A DNA stretch of 64,000 bases. Source: Faecousia sp. GTDB lineage: Bacteria > Bacillota > Clostridia > Oscillospirales > Oscillospiraceae. Shown here piece by piece: positions 23,807-32,893 of the stretch. A program made the position numbers and the translations under genes. Location: the NCBI GenBank assembly GCA_045630825.1, contig JAZQTN010000031.1, forward strand, positions 40,118 through 104,117, in the 5' to 3' direction. Each line of letters begins with the position of its first letter. Position 1 is the first letter of the stretch. The notes beneath the pieces are model-generated. The model had not been told where the DNA came from, made no database searches, and was given only the letters and a program-made list of their open reading frames with translations.

Positions 23807-23834
23807 TGTTTACATAACAATGTTTACATAAATA
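23807..23834 (-). other. Candidate dif/XerD-binding site (11-6-11)
   Basis: Minus strand TATTTATGTAA-ACATTG-TTATGTAAACA. The right arm matches the B. subtilis dif XerD arm TTATGTAAACT at 10/11; site lies 0.7 kb upstream of xerD. Confidence 0.5.
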
Positions 23835-23995
23835 TCGGCATAATTGACAAAAATCGTAAAATTGTACAAATCATCCTTGATTTTGCATCGTTTTTGGAGT
23901 ATAGTATTCGTACACTATGAATATATGGGGTAGGTATGCCCTTTTGCGGTGGTTTCCGTAATACTCCCGATGCTCGTTTTTTGGAGGTTACGGAT

Positions 23996-24517
23996 ATGCA
24001 TAAGGACATTCGTTTTCAGACCGTTTTATGTTGGATCAAGCATCCTGCATTTCTGCTTTTTTTCTTTGGTGGGACAGGCCTGATCATTGGAACCCTGCTT
24101 GCTGCGTCAGCAGATATTACTGCTTTTTCTTGGATGCGTCTGGCTGTAAATTGCCGGTTGTCGATCATATGTCATTTGGCTGCGCAGATATTGCCTTTTC
24201 TAATCGCCGCTTATGCGGTCAATATATCCGGACTGTGGCTTTTGTACGCGGTCCTGAGCTGTAAGTTGCTTTCTTTTGCATATATAGGATCTTTGATCTG
24301 GTTTTCCTTTGGCTCTGCCGGCTGGCTGGTTAGAGGATTGTTTCAGTTCAGCGACATTATTCTTGTCCCTGTGCTGTGCTGGTATTCTTTCCGGCGTGTT
24401 TTAACAAGTGAAAGCAGTTCAAAGTGTTTTGGAATCTGTATGGGCATTGTAGCAGCTACAGCACTGATAAATTGGTTGTTTATCTCGCCATTTCTGGAGA
24501 GAATTATAAACATTTAA
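23996..24517 (+). CDS. SpoIIM-like membrane protein
   Basis: ATG 23996 after GGAGG; multi-TM; immediately upstream of xerD as spoIIM is in Clostridia. Sequence is divergent, so the call rests mainly on synteny. Confidence 0.55.
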   Translation: MHKDIRFQTVLCWIKHPAFLLFFFGGTGLIIGTLLAASADITAFSWMRLAVNCRLSIICHLAAQILPFLIAAYAVNISGLWLLYAVLSCKLLSFAYIGSLIWFSFGSAGWLVRGLFQFSDIILVPVLCWYSFRRVLTSESSSKCFGICMGIVAATALINWLFISPFLERIINI

Positions 24518-24536
24518 CGGGAAGGTACGTATATTC

Positions 24537-25421
24537 ATGTTGGACTTGATTCGGGCTTATGAAAATTACCTGTCCAAGGTAAAGCAAGCCTCCGCCAACA
24601 CCATCGCCTCGTATATGCGCGACATTCGGCAGTTTGCTGAATGGTTACAGCAAAGTGGGGTAGCCAATGTGGTGGATGCATCACAACTGAATATCAGCCA
24701 GTATCTGAAGCATCTGGAAGATGATGGGCGTTCCGCGGCGACTGTGTCCCGGAATCTTGCAAGCTTGAAGAATTTTTACGGCTATGCGGTTTCCACAGGT
24801 TTTCTGGAGAAGACCCCTGTTGTGGATATCCACGTGGAAAGGGGAGAGAAGAAGCTTCCTCAGATCCTCACCGGCCGTGAGATTGAGCTTTTGCTTGCAC
24901 AGCCTGTCTGTGTAGATGCCAAGGGCTACCGCGACAAGGCTATGCTGGAGGTTATGTATGCTACCGGTATCCGTGTTACGGAGCTGATCGATCTGGATGT
25001 GGACGATGTTAATCTGGAGCTTGGCATTATTAAGTGCTCCAGTGCTCGCAAGTCCAGAGCGATTCCTCTGTATCCTGCAGCGCTGAAAGCACTGTCTGCA
25101 TATCTGAAGGATATTCGCAGCTCTATGCTGGCATCGCTGGAAGAGCCTGCGTTGTTCGTCAATGTTAACGGTCAGCGGATGAGCCGCCAAGGCTTTTGGA
25201 AGATCCTGAAGCATTACCAGACCACTGCTCACATTGAGAAGGAAATCACGCCCCACACGCTGCGCCACAGCTTTGCAGTACATCTGCTGGAGAACGGTGC
25301 GGATCTCGGTTCCCTGCAAGAACTGATGGGCCATAGTGATATTTCGTCCACCCAACTGTACACCCACCTTGTAAACCAGAAACTGAAATCTGTTTACGAG
25401 AAATGTCATCCCAAAGCTTAA
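24537..25421 (+). CDS. xerD: Tyrosine recombinase XerD
   Basis: RDKAMLEVMYATGIRVTEL, MSRQGFWKILK, TPHTLRHSFAVHLLENGADL, STQLYT, HPKA end. Confidence 0.93.
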   Translation: MLDLIRAYENYLSKVKQASANTIASYMRDIRQFAEWLQQSGVANVVDASQLNISQYLKHLEDDGRSAATVSRNLASLKNFYGYAVSTGFLEKTPVVDIHVERGEKKLPQILTGREIELLLAQPVCVDAKGYRDKAMLEVMYATGIRVTELIDLDVDDVNLELGIIKCSSARKSRAIPLYPAALKALSAYLKDIRSSMLASLEEPALFVNVNGQRMSRQGFWKILKHYQTTAHIEKEITPHTLRHSFAVHLLENGADLGSLQELMGHSDISSTQLYTHLVNQKLKSVYEKCHPKA

Positions 25422-25455
25422 AACACCTGTTCCAGGATTCGGAGCAGGTGTTTTT
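25420..25455 (+). terminator. Intrinsic terminator after xerD
   Basis: AAAACACCTGTTCC...GGAGCAGGTGTTTTT. Confidence 0.75.
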
Positions 25456-25604
25456 CTCTTTTTTGGCAAGAAATTATTACAAATAGTTTCGATAAGTTAC
25501 AAAAACAAGGGAAAACTGTAACTTGACAAGGAATATTTTTCCATACTAATATATAAGTGAAAGAAGGTAATAGTCGTTGAGTTTTGTATAGAGGAGGCGC
25601 TGGT

Positions 25605-26792
25605 ATGAAAAGAACGATCATTTTTCTGTCCGTTTTTGCACTTCTTATTTGCTTGTGCGCTTGTCAAAAGACACCGGTACGCCTTATAGAAGATCCCACA
25701 CAACCGACATCAACTCCTGAAACAACTAATCCCACTGACCCAAAACCGACTGAAACACAGCCGCCGGTTGATCCAAGAATTTCACAATTGCAGGTACTTC
25801 TGGAGCATAATGGACCGGAGAGCTTCTATAATTCAGCTTTGCTTTCTGAATACACTGCACCTGAAGACGTAAATCTGTTCTACTTGTTCTGCGATGGTTT
25901 TCGCGATGAGTCCCAAAAGCCCACAGAAGATGAGCTTGTCCTGCTGGAGGGCAAAATGGGGCAGTTTTGGAAAGAGATGGATCTATTCCGTCTACCTGTA
26001 GAGAAGATGAATATAATTCTGAGGGAACTCTATGGGATTACTCTTGAGCAGACCAACGGTGTCGGTCTGGATAGTTTGGTCTATTTGGAAGAAACGGATT
26101 GCTATTATACGTCCCATACCGGCCCATACGCTGCAGAAAATCTCACAGTTAGCGATGTCCAAACCATGGAAGACGGAAGCCTTCTGGTGAAGTACTCTTA
26201 CTATAAAGGTGATTACATCGTTAAACTAATGCCTGAAGATGAGGGTGGTTATAGGATTCTGTCCAATTTATCTGCTGATCCCGAAATTGCAAGGATGCAG
26301 ATACTTTTGCAGCCAAAAAACAGAAAAGATTTCTATAGTGACGCCTTAACCTCAATGTATACCACGCCGGCAAATGTGAATCTTCTGGATATGTTCCAGG
26401 ATGGCTTCTGGGATGAAATGCAAAAGCCAACAAAAGAAGAATGTGCTTTGTTGGATGGCAAACTGGATCAAAATTGGAAAGAATGTGATTTGATCCGTCT
26501 GCCGGCAGGGAAGATAGATGCTGTTTTGACGGAACTGTTCGGAATTACACTGGAGCAAACCAATGGTGTTGGTCTTGAAAAAATGGTCTATGTTGAGGAG
26601 ACGAATTCCTATTATTTTTCCGCTCCATCTGTCCGAACAAACCGTGCAGAGATTATGGTAGGTTCTGTTGAAACCCAGACGGATGGCAGTATCCTGGTGC
26701 AATATTTCCAGGCTTTTAATGGAAACTGTGTTGTTAGGCTGATGCCCACAGAGAATGGCGGGTATCGGATTATGTCTAACTTACAGATTTAA
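25605..26792 (+). CDS. Lipoprotein with P/T linker and two tandem copies of an unknown ~170-aa domain
   Basis: ATG 25605 after GGAGG; lipobox LCAC; GITLEQTNGVGL occurs twice. Confidence 0.85.
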   Translation: MKRTIIFLSVFALLICLCACQKTPVRLIEDPTQPTSTPETTNPTDPKPTETQPPVDPRISQLQVLLEHNGPESFYNSALLSEYTAPEDVNLFYLFCDGFRDESQKPTEDELVLLEGKMGQFWKEMDLFRLPVEKMNIILRELYGITLEQTNGVGLDSLVYLEETDCYYTSHTGPYAAENLTVSDVQTMEDGSLLVKYSYYKGDYIVKLMPEDEGGYRILSNLSADPEIARMQILLQPKNRKDFYSDALTSMYTTPANVNLLDMFQDGFWDEMQKPTKEECALLDGKLDQNWKECDLIRLPAGKIDAVLTELFGITLEQTNGVGLEKMVYVEETNSYYFSAPSVRTNRAEIMVGSVETQTDGSILVQYFQAFNGNCVVRLMPTENGGYRIMSNLQI

Positions 26793-26882
26793 CTCCATAT
26801 TGATTTCCCTTGCATTAAGATGTATAATTTACAAAACAAGTAAAACTTGTGCTGATTTGATTTTTAGCCCGGAGGTAAAAAT

Positions 26883-27572
26883 ATGAAGAAATTGATCGTT
26901 TTGCTGTTTGTTTTAGCAATTCTTGTTTGTATGTGCGCCTGCCAGAAGACACCGCAGACCAATAAGCCTGATCCCACTACCGGTACTCAGACTGCAACAC
27001 AACAGACGGACCCTAAGCCCACAGAGACCCAGCCCACTGAGCCTGTTGATCCTATGATTGCCGAGTTTCAGGACTTGCTAGGCAAGATGGGCACCACTAT
27101 CAACAATGCGCTGCTGTCTATATACAACACTCCCGCTGATGTTGACCTTTACTACTTGTTCTATAACGGCTTTGCTGATGAGTCCCAGGAACCTACTGAA
27201 GATGAGCTGGTTCTCCTTGAGAAGGCTGGCGCAGGTAAGTTCTGGCCGGAGATGGATTTGATCCGTCTTCCTGTTGAGAAAATGGATGCTGCGCTTATGG
27301 AGCTGTTTGGAATTACTTTTGAACAGACCAACGGCGTAGGCCTGGACAAGCTGGTCTATTTAGCGGAGACTAACTGTTATTATACTGCGCATACCGGTAT
27401 GGAGTATGCTGATATTGCCGTTGATGCCGTTAAAATTTTACCTGAGGGTTATATTGTGGTTCTGTATAGCGAGCCTGTTAACGGTCGTGTACAGGTTGTG
27501 TTGAAACCCGTCGAAGGCGGCGGATATCATATCCTGGCTAACAATCACATTAAGTACGGCGAATTATATTAA
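26883..27572 (+). CDS. Paralogous lipoprotein with one copy of the same domain
   Basis: Lipobox MCAC-QKTP, TDPKPTETQP linker shared with the upstream gene; own TTGATT-17-TATAAT promoter (26800-26828). Confidence 0.85.
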   Translation: MKKLIVLLFVLAILVCMCACQKTPQTNKPDPTTGTQTATQQTDPKPTETQPTEPVDPMIAEFQDLLGKMGTTINNALLSIYNTPADVDLYYLFYNGFADESQEPTEDELVLLEKAGAGKFWPEMDLIRLPVEKMDAALMELFGITFEQTNGVGLDKLVYLAETNCYYTAHTGMEYADIAVDAVKILPEGYIVVLYSEPVNGRVQVVLKPVEGGGYHILANNHIKYGELY

Positions 27573-27578
27573 TAATTT

Positions 27579-27612
27579 ATAAAAGCGCGCTGCAAAAGCA
27601 GCGCGCTTTTAT
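27579..27612. terminator. Bidirectional terminator
   Basis: ATAAAAGCGCGCTGC-AAAA-GCAGCGCGCTTTTAT, a perfect hairpin between convergent genes. Confidence 0.85.
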
Positions 27613-27620
27613 ATATTCAT

Positions 27621-28592
27621 TCAGATGCCGGTCATCGTGGTCAGAACATCGACTTCCATATTTAGAATACTGCGGTTCATAGCAAGGCCTTCGTCAATAT
27701 CAACATCAGTAAATGTACCCTTGTTTGTGCACACCACCCGGTTGGTTTTACCTGCCAGCAGCAATTCCACGGCCAGATAGCCCATCTTTGTGGCATTCAC
27801 GCGATCACGGCCGGTAGGGGAGCCGCCACGCTGAATATGACCCAGAACAGTAACACGGGGATCCAGATCAATGGCTTCCTTGATTTTTGCGGCAATGTCT
27901 GCAGCAGAGCCGGCACCCTCGGCGACCACGATCATATAATGCGTGAAGCCGTGGAAACGTGCCTGGCGGATCTTTTCGATCACATCTTTTTCGAAGTCGA
28001 TTTTTTCCTCCGGAACGAGAACTGCTGTAGCACCTACGGCAAGACCAACATACATTGCCAAATAACCGGCATTTCTTCCCATCACCTCAACAACAGAGCA
28101 GCGCTCGTGGGACTGCATCGTATCCCGCAGACGGTCAATACAGTCAATTGCTGTGTTTACAGCGGTATCGAAACCGATGCTATAGTTGGTGCAGCAGATA
28201 TCGTTATCAATGGTAGCAGGGATAGCAACCACATTGATGCCGTGGCTGCTCAGCGCTTTGGCACCCCGGAAAGTGCCGTCGCCACCGATGGCTACGATTC
28301 CGTCAAGGCCCAGGAATCTGCAGGCGGAAACTGCTTTTTTCTGGCCTTCTTCCGTCATAAATTCCTTGCTGCGGGCAGTATACAGAATTGTGCCGCCACG
28401 ATTGATTGTGTGGCTGACGCTCTTTTCATCTAGCTTGATAATATCACCGCTGATCAGACCGTTGTAGCCTCTGCGGATGCCGTAGCATTCCACGCCGTGG
28501 AACAGTGCAGTACGGACGACAGCACGGACAGCTGCATTCATACCCGGTGCATCGCCACCGCTGGTTAATACACCAATACGCTTAATACTCAT
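27621..28592 (-). CDS. pfkA: 6-phosphofructokinase
   Basis: TSGGDAPGMNAA, GGDG, TIDND, MGR, GHIQRGG. Confidence 0.96.
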   Translation of the reverse strand: MSIKRIGVLTSGGDAPGMNAAVRAVVRTALFHGVECYGIRRGYNGLISGDIIKLDEKSVSHTINRGGTILYTARSKEFMTEEGQKKAVSACRFLGLDGIVAIGGDGTFRGAKALSSHGINVVAIPATIDNDICCTNYSIGFDTAVNTAIDCIDRLRDTMQSHERCSVVEVMGRNAGYLAMYVGLAVGATAVLVPEEKIDFEKDVIEKIRQARFHGFTHYMIVVAEGAGSAADIAAKIKEAIDLDPRVTVLGHIQRGGSPTGRDRVNATKMGYLAVELLLAGKTNRVVCTNKGTFTDVDIDEGLAMNRSILNMEVDVLTTMTGI

Positions 28593-29260
28593 ATATGGAT
28601 TCCTCCGAACGTGATAGTCTTATACAATTATTGTAATTCCTAGCAGGGGAAATGTAAAGCAAATTTTGCAATCCTTGACACTACCATATGTGAAAAAAAT
28701 AGAAATACGAACATATGGAGAGAAAAATGACGGTGAAAACCGTTAGTTTATGCGAGAAACAGCACAAAATAGGAGAATTTGATGCGCTAATTAGCAATTT
28801 CGGATGTAATTTACCAATTTCTACACAAAAAACGAACAAATTAGCGAAAATATATGTTCGCAATAAATATGACTGAGAAACTATAAGAAGCGTGAGGAGG
28901 TGTGCCGATAAGGTAGCCACAACAGCGAAAACGCAAAACTATGAATTGTAGCCGGCGAAGATAATAAGCCACCGACCAGAAAGATGGGATTCAGAAACCT
29001 TAGTTTGCCAGATCAATAACACACTGATCAATTTCTGTAGATTACGTAGTGTAGCACGTGAGGCGTTGATGGATATAACGAATTGAAGTCGATAATATGA
29101 CACAGCTGTAATACAGAGCCAGTAAATAAGAAAATGATGTAACGCAGAAAAGTTGCTATCGATGATGTAACGGAATCATCCTAGAATGCTGTGTAAGACA
29201 AAAAGAATTGCAACATTACCAAAAGAGTGGCTATAAGCGCCTGTAAGGCTAAAATAGCCC

Positions 29261-29289
29261 TTGACAAACAAAAATATATATTATATATT
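29261..29289 (+). promoter_or_regulatory. sigmaA promoter of the XerC-like gene
   Basis: TTGACA-17 bp-TATATT. Confidence 0.75.
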
Positions 29290-29302
29290 GAAAACACCAT
29301 CT

Positions 29303-29336
29303 CGAACGCAACAAAATTTTTATTTTGTTGCGTTCG
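29303..29336. repeat. Perfect 34-bp palindrome (15-4-15) upstream of the tyrosine recombinase
   Basis: CGAACGCAACAAAAT-TTTT-ATTTTGTTGCGTTCG, with no U-tail on either side. Confidence 0.9.
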
Positions 29337-29414
29337 GTGCATGACCGATACGCAAAAAAGCAATCAGGGGTCCGGCCTTCCCTCTTGCAGGAATCCGGCT
29401 TTGGAGGTACATTT

Positions 29415-30425
29415 ATGCAGCGTTATCACGACTGTCCGCAGATCCTGCGGGATTTTCTCGTATACCACGAAACCATTAAAGGACAATCCTCTTTAACAAT
29501 TCAGGAATACTATCTTGATTTGCGGATGTTCCTTCGCTTCATAAAACTGATGCGCAATGATATGCCGATCCATACCCGACTGGATGAAATCGATATCAAG
29601 AATATAGATGTCGCCTTTATCCATGATATTACTACATCGGATATATTTGAATTTCTTTCGTATCTTGCTAACGATCGTACACCCAATCCGGACAGCGCTG
29701 TACCGGAGCAAGGCATCTCCCCTGCCTCAAGAGCCAGAAAGCTGTCTGCGCTGAAATCTTTTTATAAGTACTTAACGGTGCGTACCAAGTTGCTTAAGGA
29801 GAATCCGGTGGCAGATCTGGAATACCCAAAATTACGCAAAAGCTTGCCAAAATACCTGACTTTGGAGCAATCGGCCGCACTTCTGCAGGCAGTTTCTGGA
29901 CCAAACGAGAAACGCGACTATGCAATTTTGATGTTGTTTTTGAATTGCGGAATCCGTCGTAGCGAGCTGGTAGGTCTTAATTTATCCGATGTTTATGATG
30001 ATCGGATCCGTGTTATCGGTAAAGGCAACAAAGAACGAATCGTTTACTTTGGCACATCCTGCCGAAAGGCAATTGATGCCTACCTGGTTGAGCGTCATAA
30101 GAAGGTCCTTTCGGATAATCGGGCGCTATTCGGCTCTCGGGATAACAACCGGATCAGTGTTACAGCGGTACATCGACTTGTGAAAAAGGCATTTTTACAG
30201 GCAGGTCTGGATGCCAGTCAGTTTTCTGCCCATAAACTGCGCCATACAGCGGCCACGATGATGCTCTCCGGTGGTGTTGATGTTAAGACAGTTCAGGAAG
30301 TTTTAGGCCACGAAAACCTTAATACTACCCAAATTTACACCCATATTGAGAACACTGAGCTGAAAATTGCAGCTGAAGCAAATCCCCTGTCTAAGTTGGA
30401 CTTTGCAGATGAAGATGAAGAATGA
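29415..30425 (+). CDS. Tyrosine recombinase, XerC/XerS-like
   Basis: ATG 29415 after GGAGG; GIRRSEL, GKGNKER, SAHKLRHT, LGHENLNTTQIYTH (R-K-H-R-H-Y intact); no mobile-element neighbours. Confidence 0.9.
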   Translation: MQRYHDCPQILRDFLVYHETIKGQSSLTIQEYYLDLRMFLRFIKLMRNDMPIHTRLDEIDIKNIDVAFIHDITTSDIFEFLSYLANDRTPNPDSAVPEQGISPASRARKLSALKSFYKYLTVRTKLLKENPVADLEYPKLRKSLPKYLTLEQSAALLQAVSGPNEKRDYAILMLFLNCGIRRSELVGLNLSDVYDDRIRVIGKGNKERIVYFGTSCRKAIDAYLVERHKKVLSDNRALFGSRDNNRISVTAVHRLVKKAFLQAGLDASQFSAHKLRHTAATMMLSGGVDVKTVQEVLGHENLNTTQIYTHIENTELKIAAEANPLSKLDFADEDEE

Positions 30426-30429
30426 AAAT

Positions 30430-30458
30430 ATCCCGGAGAGGTCCTCCCTCTCCGGGAT
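30430..30458. terminator. Hairpin between the convergent recombinase gene and radA
   Basis: ATCCCGGAGAGG-TCCTC-CCTCTCCGGGAT. Confidence 0.75.
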
Positions 30459-30462
30459 TATC

Positions 30463-31815
30463 TTACATTGCTACCTCAATAGCTTCCCGGATATTACGCA
30501 CGCGGTAAACAGTCAATCCCGCTGGAATTTCTAACTTTTCAGGAGCGTTTTTAGGGATAATGCACTTTTTAAATCCCAGTCTTGCAACTTCTGACAGTCG
30601 CTGACTCAAGTTTGAAACATTGCGGATCTCGCCGGTCAGACCAACCTCACCAATTGCTGCCAAATCATCGGCAATGGCGCTGTCCCGGTAGGAGGATGCT
30701 ACAGCCAGAATGATGGGCAGATCTGCACCGGGTTCATCAAGACGCAGACCACCTATGACATTGATATAGGCGTCAAACATGCTCAGTTTCAGCCCAGCCC
30801 GCTTTTCTGCCACAGCCAGCAGCAGTGCTGCCCGGTTGAAATCAAAGCCGTCTGCAGTCCGTCTGGGCACATTGAAGGAGGTTTTTGATACCAGTGCCTG
30901 TACTTCTGCAAGTACCGGCCGTGTACCCTCCATTACGCAGGCAACGCAAGTACCGGGCGCACCCTCAGGCCGCCCTTCGAGCAGCATCTGGGATGGGTTT
31001 GGGACCTCCGTAAGGCCGGAATCCCCCATTTCAAATACGCCGATCTCATTGGTGGAGCCAAAGCGATTCTTTGCAGCCCGCAGAAGCCGGTAGGACGAAT
31101 TGGGATCACCCTCAAAATACAGAACACAGTCTACCATATGCTCAAGCACTTTAGGACCGGCGATATTGCCGTCTTTATTGATATGTCCGACAACAAATAC
31201 CGTAATTCCCTGCTGTTTTGACAGCTGCATCAGTGCCAATGTGCAGTCCTTAACCTGTGAAACACTGCCGGGCGCAGATTCATTTTCATCACTGTACAGC
31301 GTCTGTATGGAGTCAACGATTAAAATATCCGGTTTTGTATCCTCAACTGCCTGTACAATGTCAGACAAGTGGGTTTCAGAGAGAATCAAAAGTTCCTGTG
31401 GCTGGACACCAAGGCGCTGTGCCCGCAGCTTTAACTGACGCTCGCTCTCCTCGCCGGATATGTACAGAACTCGGTACTCTTTGCACAGCTGATCACATAT
31501 TTGCAGCAAAAGTGTTGATTTGCCAATGCCGGGAGCACCGCTTACCAGGACCAGAGAGCCTGCTACAGCACCGCCGCCAAAAACACGGTCAAGTTCACCC
31601 ATACCGGTGAAAAACCGGATCTCATCGCCGCCCTCGAGCTCCTGAATAGATCTGGCCTGTCTGGCGTTGCCTATACGAACTTTTCCGGCAGGTGTAGGCT
31701 TCTCTATATGCTCCTGCATAGTATTAAACGCACCACAGCCGGGACAACGGCCCATCCATTTTGGTGTTTCCGTGCCACAATCGGTGCAGAAGAAGATCGT
31801 TTTTGCTTTTGCCAT
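30463..31815 (-). CDS. radA: DNA repair protein RadA/Sms
   Basis: Zn finger CTDC..CPGC, GAPGIGKST, KNRFG; start moved to ATG 31815. Confidence 0.96.
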   Translation of the reverse strand: MAKAKTIFFCTDCGTETPKWMGRCPGCGAFNTMQEHIEKPTPAGKVRIGNARQARSIQELEGGDEIRFFTGMGELDRVFGGGAVAGSLVLVSGAPGIGKSTLLLQICDQLCKEYRVLYISGEESERQLKLRAQRLGVQPQELLILSETHLSDIVQAVEDTKPDILIVDSIQTLYSDENESAPGSVSQVKDCTLALMQLSKQQGITVFVVGHINKDGNIAGPKVLEHMVDCVLYFEGDPNSSYRLLRAAKNRFGSTNEIGVFEMGDSGLTEVPNPSQMLLEGRPEGAPGTCVACVMEGTRPVLAEVQALVSKTSFNVPRRTADGFDFNRAALLLAVAEKRAGLKLSMFDAYINVIGGLRLDEPGADLPIILAVASSYRDSAIADDLAAIGEVGLTGEIRNVSNLSQRLSEVARLGFKKCIIPKNAPEKLEIPAGLTVYRVRNIREAIEVAM

Positions 31816-31951
31816 CGGGTTTTCCTCCTTAGGCTGTATTTCTCTGACTATTATATCATTGTGAGGTGAAAATTGCAAAATAATTTTGAAACCTTGACGG
31901 AAGATGGAATATTGCTTATAATGTTAGAAAAAATGTTAGTGAGTTGATTAT

Positions 31952-32893
31952 ATGAAACTTTCACTTGTTGTCCCCTGCTACAATGAAGCAGAAAATGTCG
32001 CTACATTTCAGGATGCGGTGGTTTCTGCCTTTGCCGATTGTGGCTACGATTACGAGATCGTCTTTGTAGACGATGGCAGTAAGGATGCAACCTTGCACAA
32101 TCTAAAAAAACTGTATGAGGCTCAGATTTGCCCTGTGAAGGTTATTTCCTTTTCCCGCAATTTCGGTAAGGAAGCAGGTATTTACGCCGGTATGAGCCAC
32201 GCTGTTGGCGATTACATCAGCTTGATAGATGCCGATCTTCAGCAACGCCCGGAGATCGTTCGTGATATGGTAAAGATTCTTGATAAAAAGCCGGATATCG
32301 ATGTGGTTGCCGCTTATCAGGACCGCCGTGGTGAGGGCAAAGTGCTCTCCTTTTTCAAAAAGTGTTTCTATAAGCTTATCAACAAACTGTCAGATGTAAC
32401 TCTCCACGCAGATGCCAGCGATTTCCGTACTTTCCGCCGCAGTGTTGCCGAAAGTATGCTGTCAATGACAGAGCATCACCGCTTCAGCAAGGGCATTTTC
32501 TCCTGGGTCGGTTACAGCACCGAGTATATCCCTTACATTGCTTGCGAGCGGACTGCAGGCACCACAAAATGGAATTTCCGTAAGTTGATGAACTATGCCA
32601 TTGACGGTATTATCGGCTTTTCTACCCGTCCTCTGCGTATTGCAACATATCTGGGAGGTCTGACCGGTTTTGCGGCTCTGATTTATCTGGTTATTGTTGT
32701 TCTGCAAAAATTGATCGTGGGAATTGATGTTCCCGGCTTTGCGACGATTATTGTACTGATTCTGCTGCTTGGCAGTATGCAGTTGTTTGCAATCGGCATT
32801 ATCGGTGAATATGTGGGCAAGACCTTTGAGCAGAGCAAACATCGCCCCATTTATATTGCCAAAGAAGTACTTTTAACGGAGGACGAGAAGTGA
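31952..32893 (+). CDS. GT2 polyprenol-phosphate glycosyltransferase (GtrB/CsbB-like)
   Basis: VVPCYNE, VDDGS, SRNFGKEA, DADLQ, two C-terminal TMs, IGIIGEYVG. Confidence 0.9.
   Translation: MKLSLVVPCYNEAENVATFQDAVVSAFADCGYDYEIVFVDDGSKDATLHNLKKLYEAQICPVKVISFSRNFGKEAGIYAGMSHAVGDYISLIDADLQQRPEIVRDMVKILDKKPDIDVVAAYQDRRGEGKVLSFFKKCFYKLINKLSDVTLHADASDFRTFRRSVAESMLSMTEHHRFSKGIFSWVGYSTEYIPYIACERTAGTTKWNFRKLMNYAIDGIIGFSTRPLRIATYLGGLTGFAALIYLVIVVLQKLIVGIDVPGFATIIVLILLLGSMQLFAIGIIGEYVGKTFEQSKHRPIYIAKEVLLTEDEK

Noticed and set aside
23647-23990. Expected SCIFF peptide gene after the TIGR04086-like gene
   Set aside because: No six-Cys ORF or radical SAM gene is visible; only a hairpin (CAGTGGGTAA/TTACCCACTG) and regulatory-looking DNA.
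28700-28862. LexA boxes upstream of the recombinase region
   Set aside because: Only half-sites; every full 12-mer has at least 2 mismatches.
29176-29203. TCATCCTAGAA resembles the XerC arm of B. subtilis dif
   Set aside because: The partner arm lacks the conserved TTATG; probably chance.
29264-29291. ACAAACAAAAA-TATATA-TTATATATTGA resembles B. subtilis dif (identical core)
   Set aside because: Arms match only 6/11 each, and the AT-rich sequence is explained by the overlapping sigmaA promoter.
29415-30425. Tyrosine recombinase as a prophage or ICE integrase
   Set aside because: Flanked by pfkA and radA, with no att repeats or mobile genes.
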